Source: Eggerthellaceae bacterium
Lineage (GTDB): Bacteria > Bacteroidota > Bacteroidia > Bacteroidales > Bacteroidaceae
Assembly: GCA_963656105.1 (NCBI GenBank)
Contig: CAVKHW010000002.1
Coordinates: 78,436-142,435 of the forward strand
Length of the DNA: 64,000 bases
Direction: 5' to 3'
Positions 48,098-57,151 of the stretch are shown piece by piece. The notes beneath the pieces are model-generated. The model searched no databases. It was not told where the DNA came from and was given only the letters and a program-made list of their open reading frames with translations. Made by a program: the position numbers and the translations under genes. The stretch's first letter is position 1; each line of letters opens with the position of its first letter.

Positions 48098-48418
48098 ATG
48101 GAAATAGAAGAAAAGACAAAAATAGAAGAGCGCATTGTCGATGTACTGAAAACTGTCTATGATCCAGAGATACCAGTCAATATATGGGATCTTGGAATGA
48201 TTTATAAAATAGATGTGAAGGAAGATGCAACGGTCGATATTGACATGACTTTTACCGCACCGTCGTGCCCGGCTGCCGACTTCATTTTGGAAGATGTGCG
48301 CACGAAGGTGGACAGTGTCGAAGGGGTGAAAACCGCCAATGTGAATCTAGTCTTCGACCCAGCATGGGACCAAAGCATGATGAGCGAGGAGGCTAGAGTG
48401 GAACTGGGATTTGAATAG
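48098..48418 (+). CDS. DUF59/SufT-like Fe-S cluster assembly protein
   Basis: VYDPEIPVNIWDLGMIY, MTFTAPSCP, LVFDPAW..MMSEEA. Confidence 0.9.
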   Translation: MEIEEKTKIEERIVDVLKTVYDPEIPVNIWDLGMIYKIDVKEDATVDIDMTFTAPSCPAADFILEDVRTKVDSVEGVKTANVNLVFDPAWDQSMMSEEARVELGFE

Positions 48419-48476
48419 TGCGGATATGCCGCATGACGGCACCGAAGAACTCATACGCAACAATATCACTAAGCTT

Positions 48477-49256
48477 ATGGCAAAGAACGTGTATTTTCTG
48501 AGCGATGCCCACTTGGGGTCGCTGGCTATTCCGCATCGACGGATGCAGGAACGCCGTCTGGTGCGCTTTCTTGACAGTATTAAGGAGAAAGCGGCGGCAG
48601 TCTATTTGCTGGGCGATATGTTCGACTTTTGGAACGAATACCGTTTTGTCGTGCCAAAAGGCTACACCCGTTTTCTTGGCAAATTGTCGGATTTGACCGA
48701 CAATGGGGTGGAAGTACACTTCTTCACCGGTAACCACGATATCTGGACGTATGGCTATCTGGAGGAGGAATGTGGACTTATCGTGCATCGGCAACCTCTC
48801 ACTGCCGATATCTACGGCAAGGTGTTTTACATGGCTCACGGTGACGGTATGGGCGACCCCGACCGAAAATTCAAATTCCTAAGATGGATGTTCCATAGCA
48901 GGATGTGTCAGCGTTTGCTTAATTTCGTACACCCTTGGTGGGGCATGCAACTGGGACTCAACTGGGCCAAACACTCAAGGATGAAGCGAGTCGACGGAAA
49001 GGAACCGCCCTATATGGGCGAGAACCGCGAGCATTTGGTGCTTTGGACGCGCGAATACATGAAAACTCATCCCGACATCGATTATTTCATTTATGGCCAT
49101 CGGCACATAGAACTCGATCTTAACATGCCTCGCGAGAATGGCCACACGGCACGCATGTTGATATTAGGCGACTGGATTACGCAGTTTACTTATGCCGTCT
49201 TTGACGGCGAACACCTCTTTCTTGAAGAATATGTGGAAGGCGAGAGCCAGCTTTAA
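48477..49256 (+). CDS. lpxH: UDP-2,3-diacylglucosamine diphosphatase (metallophosphoesterase)
   Basis: SDAHLG, LGDMFDFW, GNHD, AHGD, GHRH, LGDW. Confidence 0.85.
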   Translation: MAKNVYFLSDAHLGSLAIPHRRMQERRLVRFLDSIKEKAAAVYLLGDMFDFWNEYRFVVPKGYTRFLGKLSDLTDNGVEVHFFTGNHDIWTYGYLEEECGLIVHRQPLTADIYGKVFYMAHGDGMGDPDRKFKFLRWMFHSRMCQRLLNFVHPWWGMQLGLNWAKHSRMKRVDGKEPPYMGENREHLVLWTREYMKTHPDIDYFIYGHRHIELDLNMPRENGHTARMLILGDWITQFTYAVFDGEHLFLEEYVEGESQL

Positions 49257-49387
49257 GCAGTTGGTGGGGATAATGTGCGGATGGTGCGTCTTTTCCCTAT
49301 GGCATTTCCCAATGACGAAATAGGTGCAACGGCACATCCGATGGCCTATGAGCGGATAAATGGCCAGTGACTTGGGTGGAAAACATT

Positions 49388-49422
49388 AAAGCCAAATGAC
49401 GCAATGCGCCATTTGGCTTTTT
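49388..49422. terminator. Bidirectional terminator between lpxH and tRNA-Pro
   Basis: AAAGCCAAATGACGC-AAT-GCGCCATTTGGCTTTTT. Confidence 0.65.
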
Positions 49423-49431
49423 CTCAATATG

Positions 49432-49504
49432 TCGGGATTACTGGACTCGAACCAGCGACCCCTACGTCCCGAACGTAGTGCGCTACCAACTGCGCTAAAT
49501 CCCG
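49432..49504 (-). tRNA. tRNA-Pro(CGG)
   Basis: Reverse complement CGGGATTTAGCGCAGTTGGTAGCGCA-CTACG-TTCGGGA-CGTAG-GGGTC-GCTGG-TTCGAGT-CCAGT-AATCCCG-A folds as a cloverleaf; CCA not encoded; promoter TAACTTTG (minus, 49560-49567). Confidence 0.96.
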
Positions 49505-49695
49505 ATAGTCTTTACGAATAAACGCTCCTCGAAGAGCCATCTCTATTCAAAGACGGATGCAAAGTTAATTCTTTTTTTTGTAACTCGTGCATTTTTTTTC
49601 GGAAAAATTTGTGCGTTTGGATAAAAAGCACTACCTTTGCACTCGCAAATGAGAAATGCGTTGCAAAGCAGAGCAATTCTCGTGCAAATATAGAG

Positions 49696-49768
49696 GGTAC
49701 CTTAGCTCAGGTGGTAGAGCAATGGACTGAAAATCCATGTGTCCTTGGTTCAACTCCAAGAGGTACCA
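49696..49768 (+). tRNA. tRNA-Phe(GAA)
   Basis: GGTACCT/AGGTACC acceptor stem, ATGGA-CTGAAAA-TCCAT anticodon arm, TTCAACT T-loop; promoter TTTG 49608 / TACCTTTG 49632-49639. Confidence 0.96.
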
Positions 49769-49785
49769 CTTCCTCCTTTCATTCT

Positions 49786-49818
49786 GTCCGGTTCTCGTTT
49801 TGCGAGGCCGGACTTTTT
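49786..49818 (+). terminator. Intrinsic terminator after tRNA-Phe
   Basis: GTCCGGTTCTCG-N5-CGAGGCCGGAC-TTTTT. Confidence 0.7.
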
Positions 49819-49892
49819 GATTCCGTATTTCCTATCGGCACAATATGAACTCAATCCATTTCAATGCAAGCTTTGCATGATTCAAATGTGAT

Positions 49893-50046
49893 TGTTGTGC
49901 TATTGCGACGCCAATATTGATTTGTTGCAACGTCATTATTGAACCGTTGCAAAGCTGATATTGATTTGTTGTGACGTCATTATTGAATCATTGAGATGCT
50001 CGTATTGATTTGTTGCGCCGCAATTTAGAGGTTGTTGCAATGCAAA
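49893..50046. repeat. Degenerate 22-bp tandem repeat x7 with 44-bp superperiod
   Basis: TATTGA at 49915, 49937, 49959, 49981, 50003; units alternate TATTGATTTGTTG and TATTGAAYCRTTG. Confidence 0.85.
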
Positions 50047-50094
50047 CGGGGACGTTTGCGTTGTACTATCTGGCACAACGTAAACGTCCCCGTT
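50045..50094. terminator. Long hairpin downstream of murF
   Basis: AACGGGGACGTTTGCGTTGT-N10-ACAACGTAAACGTCCCCGTT. Confidence 0.65.
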
Positions 50095-50110
50095 CGTGTA
50101 TTGTTGAGGC

Positions 50111-51472
50111 TTACAGCAATTTTGGTAATTCGAAAAGTTTGGTTCCGTTACTGCCTTTTATGAGTATGCATTTGCCATGGGGCTTATTTTGGGCGATGGC
50201 TGCTTTCACTTCTTCCACGTTGTTGAACTTACGGAAACGGGTAATGGTCTTGGCAAATTCTTCGCCTACGAGCCACACATCGGTCAGGCCGGCTTTTTCA
50301 AGGTTGTCTACCACATGTTGGTGCTCGTCGGCGCTGGCGGTTCCCAACTCTCGCATGTCACCGAGAATGGCCATTTTGGGCTCGGCTACACTGATGCGGT
50401 TAAAGTTATCGATGGCCGCTGCCATACTCGATGGGTTGGCATTGTATGCGTCGATAATGAGCAGATTGTTGGCGGTGCGCTCCAGCTCGGAGCGATCGTT
50501 AGTGGGGTGATAGCCAGCCAAAGCCTCGTCAATCAGCTGAGGTGCTACGCCGTTGTGCAGTCCTACGGCAATGGCGGCAAGCAGGTTGTCGGCATTGTAG
50601 GTTCCTACAAGTTGGGTTTGCACCTCATGTCGTTCGTATTTGACGGTTGTGGTGCCTACCTTTGGCGCATATTCCCATTGCAGTTTTACATAAGGGTTGC
50701 AAGCCACAACACGTCCGGTAATTTCGTAGCGTAGAGGCTCGTTGCTCTGTCCGTACGACAGGCAATGACTTATCTGTCTGTCCTTGAGCATTTTTACTAA
50801 GTAGGGGTTGGCCAGGTTGGCTAAAACCAGAGCTTGATGTGCCTTGAGCCAGTCGTAGAGTTCGCCTTTAGTCTGCATCACGCCCTCGAAAGATCCGAAG
50901 CCCTGCAAGTGTGCGCGGCCAACGTTGGTTATCAGTCCTTGGGTCGGTTCCACATATTCCACGAGCTTGCGTATGTCGTCAGGGTGTGAGGCTCCCATCT
51001 CTACGACGGCAATCTCGTGCTCGGACGAGAGTCGGAGCAATGTTTTTGGCACTCCCACATCATTGTTGAAGTTGCCCTCGGTGTGCATTACCCTATATCG
51101 TTTGGCCAATACTGCCGACACCAGTTCCTTGGTAGTGGTCTTGCCGTTGGTGCCTGTGATGCCCACTACCGGTATGTTGTAGTGTCGTCTATGCTCGCGA
51201 GCCAGTTGCTTGAAGGCTTCCAATGCGTCGTCGACAAGGATATATCGCTTGTCGCCTTCAACCATGTATTCCGCTTCGTCGATAATGGCGTAGCTGCAAC
51301 CCCGTTCCAATGCCATGGCCGCAAATTTGTTGCCGTCAAACGATGCACCCTTCAAGGCGATGAAAATTCCACAATCGCTTCCGTCTTTTGGTGCCGTGGC
51401 CGGAAGGCTACGACTGTCGGTCGTTACCTGCGGGTGTTGCAGGTAGATGTTGTACAAATCAGATGCATTCAT
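50111..51472 (-). CDS. murF: UDP-N-acetylmuramoyl-tripeptide--D-Ala-D-Ala ligase
   Basis: TDSR, GITGTNGKTTTKE, NFNNDVGVP, EMGASH, DAYNANPSSM, LGDMRELG, IKGSNG. Start 51472 or 51484. Confidence 0.95.
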   Translation of the reverse strand: MNASDLYNIYLQHPQVTTDSRSLPATAPKDGSDCGIFIALKGASFDGNKFAAMALERGCSYAIIDEAEYMVEGDKRYILVDDALEAFKQLAREHRRHYNIPVVGITGTNGKTTTKELVSAVLAKRYRVMHTEGNFNNDVGVPKTLLRLSSEHEIAVVEMGASHPDDIRKLVEYVEPTQGLITNVGRAHLQGFGSFEGVMQTKGELYDWLKAHQALVLANLANPYLVKMLKDRQISHCLSYGQSNEPLRYEITGRVVACNPYVKLQWEYAPKVGTTTVKYERHEVQTQLVGTYNADNLLAAIAVGLHNGVAPQLIDEALAGYHPTNDRSELERTANNLLIIDAYNANPSSMAAAIDNFNRISVAEPKMAILGDMRELGTASADEHQHVVDNLEKAGLTDVWLVGEEFAKTITRFRKFNNVEEVKAAIAQNKPHGKCILIKGSNGTKLFELPKLL

Positions 51473-51562
51473 TTTCTTATCCATATATTTAATGCAAAGA
51501 TAGGAAAAATACATAAAATGAATTTGATTTTCCAATTAATATTATTATTTTTGCCACGAATT

Positions 51563-52366
51563 ATGAACTACACACTGAACATTCGCGGCCGTCTGCTATC
51601 ACTGGAGACACCATTGGTAATGGGGATCATGAACGTGACTCCCGACTCCTTTTATGCTGGCAGCCGTGCTATGAGCGATGAGGATATTGCTCGGCGTGCC
51701 CGGATGCTTGTGGGCGAGGGGGCTGCTATCATCGATCTTGGCGGTTGCTCCACGAGGCCTGGCGGAACCCTTGCTTCCGAATTGGAAGAGGCTGACCGCG
51801 TGAGAAGGGGCTTGGAGATACTGAAGGCTACTGTTCCCGATGCTATCGTTTCTATCGATACGTTCCGTGCGTCAGTGGCTCGCATGGCCATCAGTGAGTT
51901 CGGTGCCGACATCATTAACGATGTGTCGGGTGGTGAAGACCCGGAGATGTTTGCCCTTACCGCCTCGACAGGCACTCCCTATATCCTAATGTCGCAGCAA
52001 GCTACGCTCCGTGGTATGCTGCTGGAATTTGCCGCGCGCGTGCAACAATTACGTGCCTTGCACCAGAAAGATATCATTCTTGATCCGGGATTTGGCTTTG
52101 GAAAAACTTGTTCCGACAATTTCCGCATCCTCGACGAAATGGATAAGCTGCAAGTGCTTGAGTTGCCAGTGCTGGCCGCCATGTCGCGCAAGCGTATGAT
52201 ATTTGAGACCTTGGGAAACACTCCCGCTGAGGCACTCAACGGCACTACCGTGGTCAACACGATGGCATTGATGCGTGGCACCTCCATTATCCGTGTTCAC
52301 GATGTGAAGCCTGCCGTAGAGGCCGTGAAAATCTATAAGGCATTATGTTCTTCGAATTTGGCATAA
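51563..52366 (+). CDS. folP: Dihydropteroate synthase
   Basis: MGIMNVTPDSF, STRPG, SIDT, INDVSGG, DPGFGFGK, SRKR, RVHDV. Confidence 0.95.
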   Translation: MNYTLNIRGRLLSLETPLVMGIMNVTPDSFYAGSRAMSDEDIARRARMLVGEGAAIIDLGGCSTRPGGTLASELEEADRVRRGLEILKATVPDAIVSIDTFRASVARMAISEFGADIINDVSGGEDPEMFALTASTGTPYILMSQQATLRGMLLEFAARVQQLRALHQKDIILDPGFGFGKTCSDNFRILDEMDKLQVLELPVLAAMSRKRMIFETLGNTPAEALNGTTVVNTMALMRGTSIIRVHDVKPAVEAVKIYKALCSSNLA

Positions 52367-53121
52367 AAGACATCATCGACATCTTCCTTGTCGCGTTGAT
52401 GCTCTACTACCTGTACCGTCTGATGAAGGAGAGCCGCTCGCTCAACGTCTTCATCGGCATTATGGTGTTTGTGCTGGTGTGGCTTTTTGTGTCGCAAGTG
52501 CTTGAGATGCGACTGCTTGGCAGCATCATGGACAAGCTGGTGAGTGTGGGTGTTATCGGACTTATTGTGCTTTTTAAGGAAGAGATACGCAAGTTCCTCT
52601 ATCAGCTTGGTGCCCATCAACGGGTAAAGAACATCATGCGTTTCTTTTCGTCGAAGAAAAGCAAGACTCCCGAAGAGGACAAGGCCACTATCCTGCCCAT
52701 CGTGTGGGCTTGCATGGACATGGCTCGCGGCAAGATAGGCGCGCTCATTGTCATCGAACGTGCCACACCGCTTGATGACATTGTGCAGACGGGCGAACTT
52801 ATCGGAGCTAATGTGAACAAGCTGCTTATCGAAAACATTTTCTTCAAAAATTCTCCCCTGCACGATGGTGCTATGGTCATCTCGCAGAAGCGTATCAAGG
52901 CCGCAGGTTGCATCTTGCCCGTGAGCCACGCTATGGATATTCCCAAGGAGTTGGGTCTGCGCCACCGTGCCGCGTTGGGCATAGCGCAAGACAGCGATGC
53001 CATAGCAATCATTGTTTCGGAAGAGACGGGTCGCATCAGCGTGGCTTTCAAGGGACAGTTCAGATTGCGCCTGTCGGCCGAGGAGCTCGAGGGCATACTG
53101 GCCAAAGAGATGACAGGATAG
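52345..53121 (+). CDS. cdaA: Diadenylate cyclase CdaA/DacA
   Basis: Three N-terminal TMs; SPLHDGA and GLRHRAA catalytic motifs; VSEETG. Confidence 0.92.
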   Translation: MFFEFGIKDIIDIFLVALMLYYLYRLMKESRSLNVFIGIMVFVLVWLFVSQVLEMRLLGSIMDKLVSVGVIGLIVLFKEEIRKFLYQLGAHQRVKNIMRFFSSKKSKTPEEDKATILPIVWACMDMARGKIGALIVIERATPLDDIVQTGELIGANVNKLLIENIFFKNSPLHDGAMVISQKRIKAAGCILPVSHAMDIPKELGLRHRAALGIAQDSDAIAIIVSEETGRISVAFKGQFRLRLSAEELEGILAKEMTG

Positions 53122-53204
53122 GTTGTCGGGCAGGCAACGGCTTGGAAAACACCGGTGACACAAGCGGTCTACAACAGATTTTAATCGATTAAAAACATAC
53201 ACTT

Positions 53205-54251
53205 ATGAGTTTATTAGAGCAAATTGTCGCGCGTGCCAAAGCCGACAAGCAACGTATTGTTCTTCCCGAGGCTGAGGAAGAACGCACACTGAAAGCAGCC
53301 GACAAGGTGCTGGCCGACGATCTGGCCGACCTTATTCTCATCGGCAACCCCGAAAACATTAAGAAAGAGGCTGAGCAGTGGAATCTGGCCAACATTGACA
53401 AGGCTACCATCATCGACCCGCTCCATTGCGAGAAGACGGAGGAATATGCTGCTCTGCTGGCCGAGCTTCGCAAGAAGAAAGGCATGACGCAGGAACAGGC
53501 TCGCGAGCTGGTGACAAAAAACAATCTGTATTTGGGTTGCATGATTATCAAGACGGGCGATGCCGACGGTCAGATATCGGGTGCCCTTTCCACGACGGGC
53601 GACACGTTGCGTCCTGCTTTGCAGATCATCAAGTGCGCCCCTGGCATTACATGTGTGTCGGGTGCCATGCTGCTCATCACCGACCAAGAGCAGTATGGCG
53701 AGGACGGTGTGGTTGTGATGGGCGATGTGGCTGTGACACCCAACCCCACGGCCGACCAGTTGGCTCAAATCGCTTTCACCACCTCGCAGACCGCCAAGAG
53801 CGTGGCAGGCTTTGCCGAGCCTCGCGTGGCCATGCTGAGCTTCTCGACAAAGGGATCGGCCAAGGATGCTAAAGACAAGGAGACTGGCAAGAGCGTCTAT
53901 ATCATCGACAAGGTGGTCGAAGCCACCAAGATTGCCAAGGAGAAGTATCCGGAGCTGAAGGTCGATGGCGAGCTGCAGGCCGATGCCGCCCTTGTGCCGT
54001 CGGTAGCTGCAAAGAAAGCTCCCGGCTCAGATATTGCCGGACAGGCCAATGTGCTTATTGTGCCTAATCTGGAAGTGGGCAACATCGGTTACAAGTTGGT
54101 GCAGCGTCTCGGCGGAGCCACAGCTATCGGCCCCATTCTGCAGGGCATAGCACGTCCCGTCAACGACCTCAGCCGTGGCTGCTCGGTCGACGACATATAT
54201 TATATGGTGGCCATCACGAGCTGTCAGGCACAGGACGCCAAGAAAGCCTGA
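53205..54251 (+). CDS. pta: Phosphate acetyltransferase
   Basis: IVLPEA, AMLSFSTKGS, DGELQADAA, GNIGYK, PVNDLSRGC. Confidence 0.96.
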   Translation: MSLLEQIVARAKADKQRIVLPEAEEERTLKAADKVLADDLADLILIGNPENIKKEAEQWNLANIDKATIIDPLHCEKTEEYAALLAELRKKKGMTQEQARELVTKNNLYLGCMIIKTGDADGQISGALSTTGDTLRPALQIIKCAPGITCVSGAMLLITDQEQYGEDGVVVMGDVAVTPNPTADQLAQIAFTTSQTAKSVAGFAEPRVAMLSFSTKGSAKDAKDKETGKSVYIIDKVVEATKIAKEKYPELKVDGELQADAALVPSVAAKKAPGSDIAGQANVLIVPNLEVGNIGYKLVQRLGGATAIGPILQGIARPVNDLSRGCSVDDIYYMVAITSCQAQDAKKA

Positions 54252-54316
54252 AACGAAAACGCGGCGCGCCAGAGCAGTATGCCATGCGCTATGTATAACG
54301 AACAAAAACAAAGAAA

Positions 54317-55525
54317 ATGAAAATATTGGTTTTAAACTGCGGCAGTAGCAGTATCAAGTATAAGCTCTACGACATGGACGGCGAGAAAGTTCTTGCACAA
54401 GGTGGTGTGGAACGTATCGGCCTCGACGAGGCTTTCATCAAGGTGAAGATGCCCGACGGTTCGAAGAAACAGATTATGGCCGACCTGCCTACCCACAAGG
54501 AGGGCGTGCAGCTGGTGTTCAAATGTCTGCTCGACCCCGAGCTTGGAGCCATCAAGAACCTCGACGAGATCGGTGCCGTAGGCCATCGTGTGGTGCAGGG
54601 CGGCGACCTCTTCGAGAAGAGCTGCATTGTCACCCCCGAGGTGGAAAACGGCATTGAGGGACTTATCGACCTGGCACCCGTGCACAACAAGGGTCATTTG
54701 GCCGGACTGAAGGCCGTCGACGAGCTCATGCCCAACGTGCCGCAGGTGGCAGTATTCGATAATGCCTTCCACAGCACCATGCCCGACTACGCTTACCTCT
54801 ACGCCATTCCCTACGAGTGGTACACCAAGTACCACGTGCGCCGCTATGGTTTCCACGGCACCAGTCACCGCTATGTGTCGCAGCGTGTGTGCGAATATCT
54901 GGGTGTAGACATAAAAACCCAAAAAATCATCACTTGTCACATCGGTAATGGCGCATCGGTAGCTGCCGTGAAGTACGGCAAGGTCATCGACACCTCGATG
55001 GGTCTTACACCGTTGGCCGGACTGATGATGGGCTCGCGTGCGGGCGACATCGACGCCTCAGCGGTGACCTACATGATGCAGAAGAGTGGCATGACCCCAC
55101 AGGAAATGTCCGACTATCTCAACAAAAAGAGCGGTGTGCTCGGCGTGGCAGGCATCTCGAGCGACATGCGCGACAACGAGAATGCCGACAACGAGGGTAA
55201 CAAGCTGGCCCATTTGGCTTTGCAGATGTACAACTACCGTATCAAGAAATACATCGGCGCCTATGCCGCAGCCATGAATGGTGTAGACATCATTGTGTGG
55301 ACGGCCGGTGTGGGCGAGAACCAGGAAGGTGTGCGCTGGGACAGCTGCAGCGATCTGGAGTATCTCGGTGTGAAGATGGATCGCGAGCGCAACCACTGCC
55401 GTGGTGTGGAGCAAGTGCTCTCGGCCGACGACTCGAAGGTGAAGGTGGTAATGATTCCTACCGACGAAGAGATTGTCATTGCGCGCGATACGTTGGCGCT
55501 TGTCAGTGGCAAGAGTCTCGACTAA
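54317..55525 (+). CDS. ackA: Acetate kinase
   Basis: LNCGSSSIK, VGHRVVQGG, RRYGFHGTSH, CHIGNGAS, TAGVGEN, PTDEE. Confidence 0.97.
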   Translation: MKILVLNCGSSSIKYKLYDMDGEKVLAQGGVERIGLDEAFIKVKMPDGSKKQIMADLPTHKEGVQLVFKCLLDPELGAIKNLDEIGAVGHRVVQGGDLFEKSCIVTPEVENGIEGLIDLAPVHNKGHLAGLKAVDELMPNVPQVAVFDNAFHSTMPDYAYLYAIPYEWYTKYHVRRYGFHGTSHRYVSQRVCEYLGVDIKTQKIITCHIGNGASVAAVKYGKVIDTSMGLTPLAGLMMGSRAGDIDASAVTYMMQKSGMTPQEMSDYLNKKSGVLGVAGISSDMRDNENADNEGNKLAHLALQMYNYRIKKYIGAYAAAMNGVDIIVWTAGVGENQEGVRWDSCSDLEYLGVKMDRERNHCRGVEQVLSADDSKVKVVMIPTDEEIVIARDTLALVSGKSLD

Positions 55526-55546
55526 TCTCGTATTGTAAACTCTACG

Positions 55547-55581
55547 AAACGCCGTTCCAAGTTGTTGGGACGGCGTTTTTT
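55547..55581 (+). terminator. Intrinsic terminator after ackA
   Basis: AAACGCCGTTCCAA-GTTG-TTGGGACGGCGTTTTTT. Confidence 0.75.
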
Positions 55582-55662
55582 ATACCTTTACGCTTTGCGC
55601 TTTCGTGCGAAAGGCTTACTTTTGCACAACCAAACAACACCAACACACAAGTTTTTCAGCCC

Positions 55663-56700
55663 ATGAAGATAGTTACTTTCGGAGAGATAATGCTGCGCCT
55701 TTCAAAACATGCCGGCCAGCGCTTGTTCCAAACTGGCCCGTTCGATGCCGCCTACGGCGGTTCGGAGGCCAATGTGGCCGTGTCGCTGGCCCAGCTTGGC
55801 GATGATGTGGAGTATGTGACCCGTGTTCCCGACAATGCCATTGGCGATGCGGCACTCATGCACCTGCGCCAGCTGGGGCTCAATGTGCGCCGTGCCGTGC
55901 GTGGCGGCCAGCGGCTGGGCACCTATTATTTCGAGCCATCGGCAGCCATGCGGGGGTCGCGCGTGGTCTACGACCGCGACAACTCGGCGTTCAATACCAT
56001 GGCTTATGGCGACATCAATTGGGAGCCCATTTTCCGCGAAGCCGATCTCTTCCATTGCTCGGGCATCACTTGCGCCACCTCGCGTGCCGCACTCGAAACG
56101 ACCATGGAGGCCGTCAGGATGGCCGATGAGCGGGGGGTGGAGCTGACCTGCGACATCAACTATCGGGGCAACTTGTGGAAGTATCCCGGTGCCAACGCCC
56201 AACGGTCGCTGCGCGAGCTGATGGGCTACAGCTCGTTTATCTTCGGCGATCAAAATGAGTGGTGCGTGGCGAGCGGCATGCCCCCCATCCCCTTCACCGC
56301 GCTGGGCGAGGACTACGAGTTTGACAAAGAGGCTTACCGCCGCTATTTCGACCGTCTTCATGCCATGTTCCCACGATGCCACCGCATGCTCATGGCTCAC
56401 CGCAACATCCTCTCGTTCCAGCACCATGTGAACTGCGGCGTGCTCTGGGTGGATGGCGACATCTATTATTCGCGCATCTACGACATCAACGACATAGTGG
56501 ACCAGATGGGAGTAGGCGATGCTTGGGTGGCTGCCTATATCCATGCACGTCTGAAGTGGCCCACCGATGAGCAGCGCTGCCTCGACTTCTCGGTATCGGC
56601 ATCGGCGCTGAAAAACACCATTCCCGGCGACCAGAATCTCGTCAGCGAACAAGAAATTTTGGCCAACATGACCTCACGCGGCGGGCGCATCGACCGCTGA
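55663..56700 (+). CDS. PfkB-family sugar kinase (2-keto-3-deoxygluconate kinase-like)
   Basis: VTFGEIMLRL, GGSEANVAVSL, VVYDR, DINYR..LW, VDQMGVGDA. Confidence 0.85.
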   Translation: MKIVTFGEIMLRLSKHAGQRLFQTGPFDAAYGGSEANVAVSLAQLGDDVEYVTRVPDNAIGDAALMHLRQLGLNVRRAVRGGQRLGTYYFEPSAAMRGSRVVYDRDNSAFNTMAYGDINWEPIFREADLFHCSGITCATSRAALETTMEAVRMADERGVELTCDINYRGNLWKYPGANAQRSLRELMGYSSFIFGDQNEWCVASGMPPIPFTALGEDYEFDKEAYRRYFDRLHAMFPRCHRMLMAHRNILSFQHHVNCGVLWVDGDIYYSRIYDINDIVDQMGVGDAWVAAYIHARLKWPTDEQRCLDFSVSASALKNTIPGDQNLVSEQEILANMTSRGGRIDR

Positions 56701-56787
56701 TGGCTTTCAGCGACGGCCATGGTTGCAGGGTGCAGGGTGCCCCATGGCTTTATGATGCGTTAACAGTGCGTTTACCTCCAGTTTTCG

Positions 56788-56964
56788 ACCGCCGCGCGAT
56801 AGGTGTTCTATCGCGCGGCGGTTTGCCGTCTATCGCACCGCCGTTCGATAGCTATCGCAGTGCGGTTCGATAGCAACCGCATGCCCATAAAATACCTATC
56901 GCAAAGCAGTGCTCGTTTTAAGCCAAATCGCGCCGCCGTTGCCTCGCGATAGATGTGCTATCGC
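56788..56964. repeat. 22-bp-period GCGATAG/CTATCGC palindrome array
   Basis: CTATCGC at 56808, 56830, 56852, 56896 (CAACCGC at 56874); perfect hairpin 56788-56822; further palindrome 56946-56964. Confidence 0.8.
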
Positions 56965-57151
56965 ATGTCTGGACGGTGCAGCGACAATGCTGCCGTGTTA
57001 CAAACCGATGAAAATATCAGCCTTGCAGAGCTCATTTTTGAGCGCTGAAGACTTTTTTCCCCTTTTGTGCGTTTTTTTTTGGAAAAAAAGGTAGGTTGAC
57101 ATGGATTTGTAATATAAATGCTTTATATTTGCATCGATTAAAACAAGCCCA

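Noticed and set aside
49432..49768. tRNA genes as island integration sites
   Set aside because: No duplicated tRNA 3' end and no adjacent integrase; flanks are housekeeping genes.
49893..50046. Possible CRISPR array (also considered for 6351-6460 and 56796-56902)
   Set aside because: Units are contiguous 22-mers with no unique 30-40 nt spacers, and no cas genes are in the window.
52345..53121. c-di-AMP cyclase in a Gram-negative organism
   Set aside because: CdaA next to folP is ordinary in Bacteroidales, not novel.
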